Part shown: one piece after another, positions 1 through 10,156 of the stretch
How the letters are laid out: each line of letters starts with the position of its first letter
How positions within the stretch are numbered: position 1 is the first letter of the stretch
DNA from: Acholeplasmataceae bacterium
Lineage (GTDB): Bacteria > Bacillota_I > Bacilli_A > Acholeplasmatales > Acholeplasmataceae
NCBI GenBank assembly: GCA_963675245.1
Contig: OY775910.1
Coordinates: forward strand, 1,024,001-1,088,000
Reading direction: 5' to 3'
Length of the DNA stretch: 64,000 nucleotides
The notes under the pieces: model-generated
What the model was told of the DNA's origin: nothing
What the model saw: only the letters and a program-made list of their open reading frames with translations
Database searches by the model: none
Made by a program: the position numbers and the translations under genes

Positions 1-183
1 CATATTATTCATGAGTTTTATGAAATGATTAAAGGTTATCCTTATGATGATAAGGTGTTGACTGGAGAACCAGTTGTATATCAAGGTGTTTCACAATTTC
101 CAGCACGTATTAAATGCGCGACTTTGGCATGGAAAGCTGCTGAGAAAGGTCTTGAAACTAAAGGAGGAGACAAAGAAACATGA
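1..183 (+). CDS. sufU: SUF Fe-S scaffold/sulfur-transfer protein SufU, 3' part (truncated by window edge)
   Basis: Frame 1 reads ...[24 protein letters not shown], ending TGA at 181-183, which overlaps the suf[15 protein letters not shown] is the SufU C-terminal motif. Confidence 0.9.
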   Translation, partial: HIIHEFYEMIKGYPYDDKVLTGEPVVYQGVSQFPARIKCATLAWKAAEKGLETKGGDKET

Positions 184-1592
184 TGGATGAAAACAAGAAA
201 AAAATAGATGCGATAGTCGGTGATTATAAATTTGGTTTTATAACCGACTCGAAAGCAATTGTTGATACAGGTAAAGGGATAAATGAGGATGTTGTACGCG
301 CTATTAGTGCCTACAAAGGCGAACCTGAATGGATGCTCGATTACCGTTTGAAGAGTTATCAGAAGTTTTTAGAAAAGAAAAACCCAACATGGGGTCCTGA
401 TCTCTCATTTATTAATTTTGATGAATTCACTTACTTCTTAAGAGCAAGTGAAAGAGCTGAAACAAGCTGGGATGAAGTACCTGCCAATATTAGAGATACG
501 TTCGAAAAATTAGGCATTCCTGAAGCAGAACGTAATTTTTTAGCAGGTGTATCGACACAGTTTGAAAGTGAAGTCGTTTATCATAATACGATGAAAGAGT
601 TAGAAGAATTAGGCGTAATCTATGTTGATACAGATACAGCTTTAAGAGAATACCCAGAATTATTTAAAGAATATTTTGGTAAAGTGATTCCTTATAGCGA
701 TAATAAATATGCAGCTTTAAATAGTACTGTTTGGAGTGGTGGGTCATTTATTTACGTACCTAAAGGTGTAAAAGTACCTAAGCCATTACAATCATATTTT
801 AGAATTAATTCTGATCAAATGGGTCAATTTGAAAGAACATTAATCATTGTTGATGAAGGTGCATCAGTTAATTATGTTGAAGGTTGTACGGCACCTGTTT
901 ATTCCAAAGATAGTTTGCATGCAGCGATTGTTGAAATCATAGTTAAAAAAGATGCGACATGCCGTTATACAACCATTCAAAACTGGTCTAATAATGTCAT
1001 TAACTTAGTTACAAAGCGTGCATTTGTTTATGAGAATGGACACATGGAATGGATTGATGGTAACATTGGTTCAAATGTCAATATGAAATACCCTTCATGT
1101 GTATTATTAGGTGAACGTGCTAAAGGCACGACGATTTCAATCGCTTTTGCAGGAAAAGGTCAAATCCAGGATGCTGGTGCAAAAATGATTCATGTAGCAC
1201 CAAACACGACATCAACAATTATTTCTAAATCCATTTCACGTGGTGGTGGCTCTGTCAATTATCGTGGTAAAGTTGATTTTGGTAAGAAAGCTAAAGGTGC
1301 GAAGGCACATGTCGAATGTGATACGATTATCCTTGATGATTTCTCATTTAGTGATACGATTCCAACGAATGTTGTTAAGAACTCAGATGTTTTCTTAGAA
1401 CATGAAGCAACGGTTTCTAAAATCTCTGAAGAACAACTTTTCTATTTGATGAGTCGTGGTCTTTCTGAAGAAGAAGCTACCGAAATGATTGTGATGGGAT
1501 TCATTGAACCATTCGCAAAAGAACTACCTATGGAATACGCCATTGAACTTAACCAATTGATTAAATTGGAAATGGAAGGTTCAATTGGTTAA
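180..1592 (+). CDS. sufB: Fe-S cluster assembly protein SufB
   Basis: 470 aa; [41 protein letters not shown]-terminal LEMEGSIG. Confidence 0.97.
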   Translation: MMDENKKKIDAIVGDYKFGFITDSKAIVDTGKGINEDVVRAISAYKGEPEWMLDYRLKSYQKFLEKKNPTWGPDLSFINFDEFTYFLRASERAETSWDEVPANIRDTFEKLGIPEAERNFLAGVSTQFESEVVYHNTMKELEELGVIYVDTDTALREYPELFKEYFGKVIPYSDNKYAALNSTVWSGGSFIYVPKGVKVPKPLQSYFRINSDQMGQFERTLIIVDEGASVNYVEGCTAPVYSKDSLHAAIVEIIVKKDATCRYTTIQNWSNNVINLVTKRAFVYENGHMEWIDGNIGSNVNMKYPSCVLLGERAKGTTISIAFAGKGQIQDAGAKMIHVAPNTTSTIISKSISRGGGSVNYRGKVDFGKKAKGAKAHVECDTIILDDFSFSDTIPTNVVKNSDVFLEHEATVSKISEEQLFYLMSRGLSEEEATEMIVMGFIEPFAKELPMEYAIELNQLIKLEMEGSIG

Positions 1593-1663
1593 TTGTCTCA
1601 TATTAATTTGTGGTAAAATGAGGGAGAGCCTTGCTTAGGCTCTCCTATCTTTATTTTGGTGAT

Positions 1664-2455
1664 ATGATGAAAAAAGGTATATTATTTGTTTTAATTATGT
1701 TAATCAGTTTTTCATTGGCAAGCTGTCAACCATTAACATATGATGAGATTAGATCATCATATGGTTCTTTTATCGCGGATAATGCAGATGATTATAATGA
1801 ATTAGTAAGTATTTACAATCATATCAGTAGTGAAATCGTTAAATCGACAGTGATGATCAAAAACACAATTAGTATACTTGATTTTTCATCGTTAGGTTCT
1901 GGTGTCATTTTTGATGAAGATGACACATATTACTACGTCATGACAAACAGCCATGTCATCGGTGCAGATGACACATATATTCATAACATTACGGTTACTT
2001 TAGTTAATGGTGATGTGATTGATGCGACACTAGTTTCATATGATATAGCTTATGATATAGCCGTTGTTAAATTTATAAAAGGTACACGAGATATAGATGT
2101 TATCATGATGGCAGATGAAAATGCTCATCAGGATGAAACAGTCATCATTTTAGGACATCCTAATGGACAATTACAAGCGATGACGATCGGTTATTACTTA
2201 GAAATGGTGACGTTAACACTTGATGATAACGCCATTGGTCAAGTAGAATTTCCAGTATTCCGTTTAAGTGCCCCAGTTCAATCAGGTAGCAGTGGCAGCG
2301 TCGTTATCAATGAAGAATTTGCCATGGTTGGTCTTGTTTTTGCTGGTAATTTTGTTGGTACCGATACATCTACACACTACTCTTATGCGATTCCCATTGA
2401 AAAAGTATACGAATTTCTTGCACTATATCCATTGACTGGTGGTGAAACATCATGA
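1664..2455 (+). CDS. Trypsin-like (S1C/HtrA-type, no PDZ) serine protease lipoprotein
   Basis: Lipobox SLASC; GSGVI, TNSHV (His), YDIAVVK (Asp), SGSSGS (Ser). ATG 1664 chosen over the ORF-track TTG 1631, which lies in a hairpin. Confidence 0.8.
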   Translation: MMKKGILFVLIMLISFSLASCQPLTYDEIRSSYGSFIADNADDYNELVSIYNHISSEIVKSTVMIKNTISILDFSSLGSGVIFDEDDTYYYVMTNSHVIGADDTYIHNITVTLVNGDVIDATLVSYDIAYDIAVVKFIKGTRDIDVIMMADENAHQDETVIILGHPNGQLQAMTIGYYLEMVTLTLDDNAIGQVEFPVFRLSAPVQSGSSGSVVINEEFAMVGLVFAGNFVGTDTSTHYSYAIPIEKVYEFLALYPLTGGETS

Positions 2456-3162
2456 GAAATATATTTACTTTATTCGTTTTATTGTTAAGTATGTTTTTGC
2501 TTGTTGGTTGTATGGAAGAATTACCACCTGAAACATTAGCGCTTCAACAGCAATATGATGATTATCGAACAAATGAATTTTCTGATTTCGATCATTTTGT
2601 AACCTATATGAATACATTTTCCCTTGAAACCTCACATGCTGGAGTTTATATAGAAGCATCCTATAGTGTTAATCCTTTGACGAGAGTGTCTCATGAATCA
2701 ATGGGTGTGATTATTCATGAAGATCAAAATTATTATTACGCTGTCACAGATTCTCATCTTTTTGATGATGGTGAACGAAATTATCGAATCACAGTTACAG
2801 ATACTTATAACCATGTCATTATTGGTCAAAGAATCGCAATTGATAAAATACTCGAAATCGCGTTGATCAAGTTTACAAAACCTGCAAAAGCGCTTTATGT
2901 ATTAGAAGCCGCACATGCGTTGCCGATTAATCAAGAACCTGTTTTATTATTATCATCATTAGGACAGATTAGACAGCATGTATCACTTGGTAACCTCATA
3001 TATGACGGTAATGTATTAGGTGTCACTGTTGATTTACCATTAGATGACGGCATTGTTGGAGGTGCAGTGTTTGATGTGAATCTTCGTTTAGTCGGTATGA
3101 TTGTGTCAGAAGATGGATTAAAAATGGCAACATATTCAGATATTTGGACATTACTTGAATAA
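2452..3162 (+). CDS. Trypsin-like fold lipoprotein, probably catalytically inactive
   Basis: Lipobox LLVGC; MGVII..YYYAVTDSH parallels the upstream paralog; EIALIK replaces DIAVVK and GIVGGAV replaces GSSGS. Confidence 0.65.
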   Translation: MRNIFTLFVLLLSMFLLVGCMEELPPETLALQQQYDDYRTNEFSDFDHFVTYMNTFSLETSHAGVYIEASYSVNPLTRVSHESMGVIIHEDQNYYYAVTDSHLFDDGERNYRITVTDTYNHVIIGQRIAIDKILEIALIKFTKPAKALYVLEAAHALPINQEPVLLLSSLGQIRQHVSLGNLIYDGNVLGVTVDLPLDDGIVGGAVFDVNLRLVGMIVSEDGLKMATYSDIWTLLE

Positions 3163-3186
3163 CGTTTGTTATAATGGGCTTAAAGG

Positions 3187-3777
3187 ATGGATGGCATGTA
3201 TCGATACTTAATCATTGAAAGTATATCCCCAATTGAACAAAACGAATCAACGCTGCTTGCGTTTTTTTCAGATATCATAAGAATTGATGATGTCACTAAA
3301 AGGCAACATCAAATCACACTCTTTTATCAAGGAGACGCTGAGGTATCGTTTAAGGATATCATCATCAATTTATCTTCAGATACATTAACTGATTTTAGAT
3401 TGTTTGAGTCATGTCATTTTAAAACCGAACTTGAACGATATAAGAATTACGAGCATATTCTTGGATTGTTAAAAAGAATTGAAATAGTAGGCCACCCATA
3501 TGTATCAGAACAGGATATTGTTTCTTTATTGATTCATGATTTAACAGATCAAGATATATCATGTTTTTTAAAATCATATGCGAAAGATCAAACCATGCTC
3601 AACAGTGTTAAAATCTATTTGGAATGCAATCAAAATACGAGTGTAGCTGCAAAACAATTGTTTGTCCACCGTAACACATTAATTCATCGTATTGATAAAT
3701 TTATAGATATAACTGGTTTTGACATTAGAGAGTTTGTTCCAGGATATTTAATATACAGCTTATTAACAAGCCATTAA
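3187..3777 (+). CDS. PucR/CdaR-type C-terminal HTH protein (YxkF-like)
   Basis: YLECNQNTSVAAKQLFVHRNTLIHRIDK is the PucR HTH motif; directly upstream of msmX, as in Bacillus yxkF-msmX. Confidence 0.85.
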   Translation: MDGMYRYLIIESISPIEQNESTLLAFFSDIIRIDDVTKRQHQITLFYQGDAEVSFKDIIINLSSDTLTDFRLFESCHFKTELERYKNYEHILGLLKRIEIVGHPYVSEQDIVSLLIHDLTDQDISCFLKSYAKDQTMLNSVKIYLECNQNTSVAAKQLFVHRNTLIHRIDKFIDITGFDIREFVPGYLIYSLLTSH

Positions 3778-3858
3778 AAAATGTGCATGATGCACATTTT
3801 TTTATATGCTATAACTTGTTATAATGAATGTAACTTGGGAAAAAGAAAGGATACATTT

Positions 3859-5031
3859 ATGGCAACTTTAAAACTGACAGATATAAATAAGATTTACCCT
3901 AATGGCGTACAAGCGGTATTTGATTTTAACTTATCAATTAGAGATAAAGAGTTCATCGTATTCGTTGGACCTTCTGGATGTGGTAAATCAACAACACTTC
4001 GTATGATAGCTGGTTTGGAAGAAATAACTTCAGGTGAGTTATTCATTGATGATGAACTCGTTAATGATAAAGCACCTAAAGATCGTAACATCGCGATGGT
4101 TTTCCAATCATATGCGTTATATCCACATATGACTGTATATGATAATATGGCATTTGGTTTGAAACTGAGAAAAATGCCGAAAGACATCATTGAAAAGAAA
4201 GTAAATGATGCTGCTGAAATTCTTGGTTTAGTACCTTACCTTAAACGTAAACCAAAAGCTTTATCAGGTGGACAAAGACAGCGTGTGGCATTAGGACGTG
4301 CGATTGTTCGTGATGCTAAAGTATTCTTAATGGATGAACCATTATCAAACTTAGATGCAAAATTACGTGTGCAAATGCGTGGTGAATTAATTAAACTTCA
4401 TAATACGATTGAAACAACAACTATTTATGTTACCCATGACCAAATTGAAGCGATGACGATGGCACATAGAATTGTTGTTATGAAAGATGGTTATATTATG
4501 CAAGTTGGTGCACCAAAAGAAATTTATGATAAACCAGAGAACTTATTTGTTGCTGGATTTATCGGAACACCACCTATGAACTTCTTACATGGACAAATTG
4601 ACAATAAAGGTTTCTTTAGAGCTGGTAAATACAGTGTGAAGGTTCCTGAAGATAAACTTGAAATCGTTAAATATCATAAGATGATGGAAAAAGATATCAT
4701 CCTTGGAATTAGACCAGAAGATATTCATGATTCTAAAATAGTTATGGAAACATACCCTGAATCTGTTCTCAATATCATTGTTGATGTAGCTGAATTATTA
4801 GGTTCAGAAACTAATGTTTATACACAAATTAATGATGATCATATTTGTGCTGTGATTAGTGCACGTGCAGGTGTTCATATTGGGGATGAAATGAAATTAA
4901 CACTCGACATGAATAAAGCACACTTCTTTGATCCAGATACAGAAAACGTATTAAAATTGAATGAACCATTAAAACCTAAAAAGATAATGGTTTCTGAAGA
5001 AGAAGCTGAAGCAGCAGCAAAGAAAAAATAA
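3859..5031 (+). CDS. msmX: Multiple-sugar ABC transporter ATPase (MsmX/MalK family)
   Basis: [45 protein letters not shown]-terminal TOBE region; RBS AAAGGA before ATG 3859. Confidence 0.9.
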   Translation: MATLKLTDINKIYPNGVQAVFDFNLSIRDKEFIVFVGPSGCGKSTTLRMIAGLEEITSGELFIDDELVNDKAPKDRNIAMVFQSYALYPHMTVYDNMAFGLKLRKMPKDIIEKKVNDAAEILGLVPYLKRKPKALSGGQRQRVALGRAIVRDAKVFLMDEPLSNLDAKLRVQMRGELIKLHNTIETTTIYVTHDQIEAMTMAHRIVVMKDGYIMQVGAPKEIYDKPENLFVAGFIGTPPMNFLHGQIDNKGFFRAGKYSVKVPEDKLEIVKYHKMMEKDIILGIRPEDIHDSKIVMETYPESVLNIIVDVAELLGSETNVYTQINDDHICAVISARAGVHIGDEMKLTLDMNKAHFFDPDTENVLKLNEPLKPKKIMVSEEEAEAAAKKK

Positions 5032-5033
5032 TT

Positions 5034-5057
5034 AAAGGCCGATAGGCCTTTTCTTTT
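5034..5057 (+). terminator. Intrinsic terminator after msmX
   Basis: AAAGGCC-GATA-GGCCTTT followed by TCTTTT. Confidence 0.7.
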
Positions 5058-5066
5058 GGAGAAAAA

Positions 5067-5483
5067 ATGATGATTGATTATATCACTAACGAGAAAAATC
5101 ACACTTATATTTATCAAGAAAACAAAGTGAGCATACATGCTATATCCAATCTGTCATATGTGAAACAGATGTGCATGAATCATTTATTTACTTATGAAGG
5201 GTATATTAAATCGGTAAAAAGAATGTTTGGTTATCACTATAAGATTCCCATTTTTTTGCATGAAGGTTTACAGTTGATTGCGACTAAATCAGTGAGAAAC
5301 TATGACAATATTTGGATTAATTATGCAAGTGTTGAATCAATTGATTACATAGGTAATCGCATAAGACTAACGTTTACCAGTCATCGAATTTTAATTATTG
5401 AGATAAGCAAGCAAGCATTTAACGAACAAATCAAGCGACTTGAAGTGATAAAGTTGCATATAAGTAAACATTTTCATATATAG
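5067..5483 (+). CDS. ComK-family protein
   Basis: Pattern C..hLFTYEGY.KS.K..FG..YKIPI...L.AT.S....NIWINY resembles the ComK family; 138 aa. Confidence 0.65.
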   Translation: MMIDYITNEKNHTYIYQENKVSIHAISNLSYVKQMCMNHLFTYEGYIKSVKRMFGYHYKIPIFLHEGLQLIATKSVRNYDNIWINYASVESIDYIGNRIRLTFTSHRILIIEISKQAFNEQIKRLEVIKLHISKHFHI

Positions 5484-5566
5484 ATTTATAGAAAATCACA
5501 CGCAATAGTGATATAATATATACGGTCAAAAGTAATCGCTTTAGATGAATTAGAGGAGGAGAAGAA

Positions 5567-6763
5567 ATGCCTAAAAAAACGCTGCGTGACATTGATGTCA
5601 AAGGCAAGAAGGTTTTAGTGCGAGTTGATTTCAACGTCCCACTAAAAGATGGCAAAATCAGTGATGAAAATCGTATTGTACAAGCTTTACCAACCATTGA
5701 ATATATTTTAGAACATGGTGGACGTGCAATTTTATTTTCACACTTAGGAAGAATCAAAGAACCATCTGATTTAGAAAAGAGCAGTTTAAAAATTGTTGCA
5801 GAAAGATTAAGTGAACATTTAAAACAACCTGTTAAATTTGTTCCAGAAACAAGAGGTAAAGCTTTAGAAGATGCGGTTGCTGCATTATCTGATGGTGAGA
5901 TCCTCATGTTTGAAAACACACGTTTTGAAGATTTAGAAGGTAAAAAAGAATCAAAAAATGATCCTGAACTTGGTCAATATTGGGCTTCACTTGGTGATGT
6001 TTTCGTCAATGACGCTTTCGGTACTGCACATCGTGCACATGCATCAAATGTCGGTATTGCAAGCAATATTAAAGAAACAGTTGCAGGCTTTTTATTAGAA
6101 AAAGAAATTAATTTTATCGGTGGTGCATTGGAGAATCCAGAACGCCCATTCGTTGCCATTTTAGGTGGTGCGAAAGTATCTGATAAAATTGAAGTCATAA
6201 AGAATTTATTGAAAGTCGCTGATAAAGTATTAATTGGTGGCGGTATGGCCTACACATTCTTTAAAGCACAAGGTTATGAAATTGGTACAAGTTTACTTGA
6301 AGCCGATAAAATTGACTTAGCAAACGAATTACTTGAGTTAGGTAAAGGAAAAATCGTTCTAGGTAGCGATGTTGTTACAGCTAAAGAATTCAATGCTGAA
6401 AGTGAAAAGAATGTTAGAGCAGTCAATCATATTCCAGCAGATGAAATGGGTATGGACATTGGACCAAGCACGATTAAAACGTTTGAAAATGTCATTAAAG
6501 ATGCGAAGACAGTGGTTTGGAATGGTCCTGTTGGTGTCTTTGAATTCCCTAGATTTGCAGAAGGTACAAAGTCAGTTGCGAAAGCACTTGTTCAAATTAA
6601 GGATCAAGCAACAACCATTATTGGTGGTGGCGACTCAGCAGCAGCTGTGATTCAATTTGGACTAGCAGATGGATTTACACATATATCAACTGGTGGTGGC
6701 GCATCATTAGAATATTTAGAAGGAAAATTGCTACCTGGTATCCAGTGTGTTGATAATAAATAA
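5567..6763 (+). CDS. pgk: Phosphoglycerate kinase
   Basis: [47 protein letters not shown]. Confidence 0.98.
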   Translation: MPKKTLRDIDVKGKKVLVRVDFNVPLKDGKISDENRIVQALPTIEYILEHGGRAILFSHLGRIKEPSDLEKSSLKIVAERLSEHLKQPVKFVPETRGKALEDAVAALSDGEILMFENTRFEDLEGKKESKNDPELGQYWASLGDVFVNDAFGTAHRAHASNVGIASNIKETVAGFLLEKEINFIGGALENPERPFVAILGGAKVSDKIEVIKNLLKVADKVLIGGGMAYTFFKAQGYEIGTSLLEADKIDLANELLELGKGKIVLGSDVVTAKEFNAESEKNVRAVNHIPADEMGMDIGPSTIKTFENVIKDAKTVVWNGPVGVFEFPRFAEGTKSVAKALVQIKDQATTIIGGGDSAAAVIQFGLADGFTHISTGGGASLEYLEGKLLPGIQCVDNK

Positions 6764-7305
6764 TGGTTAACATCGGAAAAAAGATCCGTGCATTGCGACT
6801 ACAAAATAATTTAACACAAGAAGAACTCGCAAATCGATTGGAACTTACGAAGGGTTATATTTCACAAATCGAAAATAATCTCACGTCACCCTCGATGCAA
6901 ACCCTCTTCTCGATACTTGAAGTTTTAGGAACAGATGTTCACGAATTCTTCAGTAACGAAGAAGAACCAACAGTTGTCTTTAAAAAAGATGACTTCTACG
7001 AAAAGGAAAACGAACAGTTAAAACACATGATTAGCTGGATCGTTCCGAATGCACAAAAATATGAAATGGAGCCAATCATCATTGACATCGAACCTGGTGG
7101 TCAATCAGAAATTGATGACCCACATGCAGGTGAAGAATTCGGGTATGTACTTGAAGGACAAGTAACACTCATTCTAAACAAAAAGCGTCATGTCATACGT
7201 AAGGGTGAAACATTTTATTACCGTGCAAATAAAGAGCATTATCTTATGAATACTTATCATACTCGCGCAAAAGTGCTTTGGATAAGTACACCCCCAATGT
7301 TTTAG
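6763..7305 (+). CDS. XRE-family HTH plus cupin transcriptional regulator
   Basis: N-terminal LTQEELANRLELTKGYISQIENNLTSPS; cupin motif HAGEEFGYVLEG. Confidence 0.9.
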   Translation: MVNIGKKIRALRLQNNLTQEELANRLELTKGYISQIENNLTSPSMQTLFSILEVLGTDVHEFFSNEEEPTVVFKKDDFYEKENEQLKHMISWIVPNAQKYEMEPIIIDIEPGGQSEIDDPHAGEEFGYVLEGQVTLILNKKRHVIRKGETFYYRANKEHYLMNTYHTRAKVLWISTPPMF

Positions 7306-7322
7306 AAAAGGAGTATCACAAA

Positions 7323-7568
7323 ATGGAAAAAGAAATTGTTATTAAAAGTACAACAGGATTACATGCCAGCTTAGCAGCAAAAGTTGTTCAAACTGCTTCA
7401 AAATATGCGGTAGATATTGAACTACATTATGAAGATAAAATCGTAGACTTAAAATCAATCCTTGCACTTATGTCACTTGCAGTCCCTTACGGTGAAAACG
7501 TCAAGATCGTTGCGAAGGGAGCACGTGCTGAAGAAGCGATTAAAGATGTTTCTTCAATTCTCGGCTAA
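7323..7568 (+). CDS. ptsH: HPr-family phosphocarrier protein
   Basis: GLHA (His15 equivalent) and VDLKSILALMSL (Ser46 equivalent); RBS AAGGAG before ATG 7323. Confidence 0.85.
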   Translation: MEKEIVIKSTTGLHASLAAKVVQTASKYAVDIELHYEDKIVDLKSILALMSLAVPYGENVKIVAKGARAEEAIKDVSSILG

Positions 7569-7570
7569 TC

Positions 7571-8326
7571 ATGCGTATACCAGTCATTGCAGGTAATTGG
7601 AAAATGTATAAGACGCGTGATGAAGCACTCGCGTTCATTTATGCAGTTAATCAATTAGTACCAGATTTAGAAAGAGTCGAGTCAGTCATTTGTGCACCAG
7701 CAATCTTCTTAAGGGACTTAGTTAAAAGAGCTGGCGAAAATCTTCGTATTGGCGCACAAAATATGCACTATTTAGATGAAGGTGCTTATACAGGTGAAAT
7801 CTCACCTAATATGCTAAAATCATATGGTGTTGATTATGTTGTTTTAGGACATAGTGAACGTCGTGCTTACTATAATGAAACGGATGCATCTGTTAATTTA
7901 AAAGTACTTAAAGCGATTCAATCAGAACTTAAACCAATTGTATGTGTTGGTGAGTCACTTGATATACGTGAAGCAGGAACAACAAATGCGTTTGTTAAAG
8001 AACAGGTTGTTAAAGCATATGCGAATGTAAGTGATATCGATGCGTTAAAAACAATCGTTGCATATGAACCTATTTGGGCGATTGGTACTGGTAAAACAGC
8101 AACCCCAGAAATGGCGAATGAAACAATTAAAGCGATTCGTCAAGTATTAGCAGAATTATACAATCAACAATCTGCTGATAAAATCCGTATTTTATATGGT
8201 GGTTCAGTGAAACCAAGCAATGTGGATGACCTGCTTGCTGAATCAGATATTGATGGTGCTTTAGTCGGTGGTGCATCACTCGATCCTGAGTCATTCTTAA
8301 CACTTGTTAAAGCAGCCATTAAATAG
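7571..8326 (+). CDS. tpiA: Triosephosphate isomerase
   Basis: AGNWKM, GAYTGEIS, GHSERR, AYEPIWAIGTG, YGGSV, LVGGASL. Confidence 0.98.
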   Translation: MRIPVIAGNWKMYKTRDEALAFIYAVNQLVPDLERVESVICAPAIFLRDLVKRAGENLRIGAQNMHYLDEGAYTGEISPNMLKSYGVDYVVLGHSERRAYYNETDASVNLKVLKAIQSELKPIVCVGESLDIREAGTTNAFVKEQVVKAYANVSDIDALKTIVAYEPIWAIGTGKTATPEMANETIKAIRQVLAELYNQQSADKIRILYGGSVKPSNVDDLLAESDIDGALVGGASLDPESFLTLVKAAIK

Positions 8327-8387
8327 AAAAAGTATTAGAAATAAAAGATACCTTATAACATGAACTTTTTGAAAAAAGACCTTGTTA

Positions 8388-8432
8388 TGAAGTGAACCCC
8401 AAAAGTAGACTCGTAAAAAAAGTCTATTTTTA
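8388..8432 (+). mobile_element. Possible orphan IS3-family (IS150/IS861-like) terminal inverted repeat remnant
   Basis: TGAAGTGAACCCCAAAAGTAGAC resembles the TGAA.TG.ACCCCAAAAGTTAGAC ends I recall for IS150-group elements; followed by an internal inverted repeat AAAAGTAGAC/GTCTATTTT; no transposase ORF; lies at the edge of an AT-rich insert. Confidence 0.45.
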
Positions 8433-8934
8433 TTTTAGAATATACTTTTAGAAACATTGATTACAAAAACAAGTGATTAGCAGATTAAAATAACGATATC
8501 AAATAAACAATAACTTTTTAATTGAAAATAACTAATTTTAACATATGTGAAAATATATTTTAGTAATATTTTATACTTAAAAATAACTATTAAAGTCAGC
8601 ATTTAAAGATAAATTATAATCTTACTACGAAAGAATCACTAACCGTTCAAAAAACATGTTTTTCAACTATAGTTGATTTTTTTTATTAAATATATATAAT
8701 GAAGTTAAAATAAGCGATAATGACATAGGGGAGAGGATAATGAATGGTTTATATGGATGTTCTTTATATAACATTTTTAATATTATCTTTCTTATGTATC
8801 AAGTATGAAAATACTTCGTTAATCAGCAATAACATCAATTGTGTAAAAGAACAACAATATTAAAAATTGATAATTTGAAAGTAGTTACAAGTGTAAACAT
8901 CGCATATATTGAATAGACTATTATGGAGGAATAA

Positions 8935-9534
8935 ATGGTAAAAATATTTAAAGTATTTTCACTTATAACTTTAACTATTGGGTTGATACCAGTTATGTCA
9001 GCATGCAAAAATAACAAGATAGTTGAACAAAAAGCAGATGAAATGATTAATATTGAGACTATTTATTGGAATAGTACTTTTAGTATTGCTGGATATACCA
9101 TTAGTTTTGAACCGCCAGTAATGGAAGAAAATATAATTTTTTCAGTAACTGTTGATCAAGGTACGTTAAGTATGCTTTCTAATTCAAATGGGGTTGAAAC
9201 AGTTACAGTCGGTGAAACAGGAACAATTAATACTGATGGAAGGATAGTTTGGCGAAATGTTACGTATATTGATTCTTCTAAATTTAATTACGATGATATT
9301 GATGAAGCATTTATTGATATTATTGTTAAAGAAGACAATCATATCATTGGATATGCAGTTGTAAGAGTGTATATCACCAGTATTCCGTCGCAAGTAAATT
9401 CTAGTACATATATGGAAGTCTATACAGGAGAAATTCTAATTTCTTCGTATTTTCCAAAACAAAATGGAGAGTATCAGTTAATCGATGATGCGTTAATAAC
9501 TTCATTAATAAGTAAAATAAAAGAGGGGAACTAG
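8935..9534 (+). CDS. Hypothetical lipoprotein
   Basis: Lipobox VMSAC after a hydrophobic stretch; RBS GGAGGA; AT-rich region. Confidence 0.75.
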   Translation: MVKIFKVFSLITLTIGLIPVMSACKNNKIVEQKADEMINIETIYWNSTFSIAGYTISFEPPVMEENIIFSVTVDQGTLSMLSNSNGVETVTVGETGTINTDGRIVWRNVTYIDSSKFNYDDIDEAFIDIIVKEDNHIIGYAVVRVYITSIPSQVNSSTYMEVYTGEILISSYFPKQNGEYQLIDDALITSLISKIKEGN

Positions 9535-9543
9535 GAAGATTCA

Positions 9544-10023
9544 ATGAGAAAACAAATTGTTAGATTGTGTGTTATATTTTTGTTGTCTTTTGTTATGTTT
9601 ATTTGTATAAGTATAAATGTCGAGGCTGATGAGTTTAATGTAGAAAAACATGGTACTTATACTGAACAATATCAAAGCGCATTTTTGGACAAGACTTTAA
9701 AATCTAAAACAACGACTGAACATTTAATTGAGTTATTAATAATGAATGAAAAAGAAGCTTTGGAGTTTATTGCGTTTAGAGGAATATTGATTCCAAACGA
9801 ATTAAATGATAGACAAATTACATTAATTGAAGATCATGCCTTTTATGAAAATAATGGATTGAATTATATAACATTTTATACCGATGTACCACCAACAATT
9901 GATCATTTCATAGATGTTTCTGAATTAACTATTTACGTCCCTACATCATTACTAAACATTTATCGAAGTGCAATAGGATGGGTGAATTATTCAGAAATAA
10001 TCACCGAGTTACCAATAAATTAA
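9544..10023 (+). CDS. Secreted protein with a BspA/LRR_5-like C-terminal cap, possibly internally deleted
   Basis: Signal peptide ending VEA; a single repeat-like unit ITLIEDHAFY then IYVPTSLLNIYRSAIGW..Y, typical of the ends of BspA-type LRR proteins. Confidence 0.5.
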   Translation: MRKQIVRLCVIFLLSFVMFICISINVEADEFNVEKHGTYTEQYQSAFLDKTLKSKTTTEHLIELLIMNEKEALEFIAFRGILIPNELNDRQITLIEDHAFYENNGLNYITFYTDVPPTIDHFIDVSELTIYVPTSLLNIYRSAIGWVNYSEIITELPIN

Positions 10024-10156
10024 AAAAATATAAATTAATTATAAAGACTATAAAAACACGCTATATTTAGTGTGTTTTCTTTAATTGTATGACATATATG
10101 CCATACTTTTTTTGATTCACTTCCATTAAACTATTAAAAAGAAAGGAGTGCTAGCT

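Noticed and set aside
3859..5031. ABC ATPase without adjacent permeases
   Set aside because: Orphan location is normal for shared MsmX-type ATPases.
5431..5919. Long antisense ORFs (this one, 26907-27377, 54798-55211 and others)
   Set aside because: They are shadows of conserved genes on the opposite strand, with no recognisable motifs.
8440..8500. Possible decayed IS3 transposase tail (IDY..NK-like reading)
   Set aside because: Too short and interrupted to distinguish from chance in AT-rich DNA without a search.
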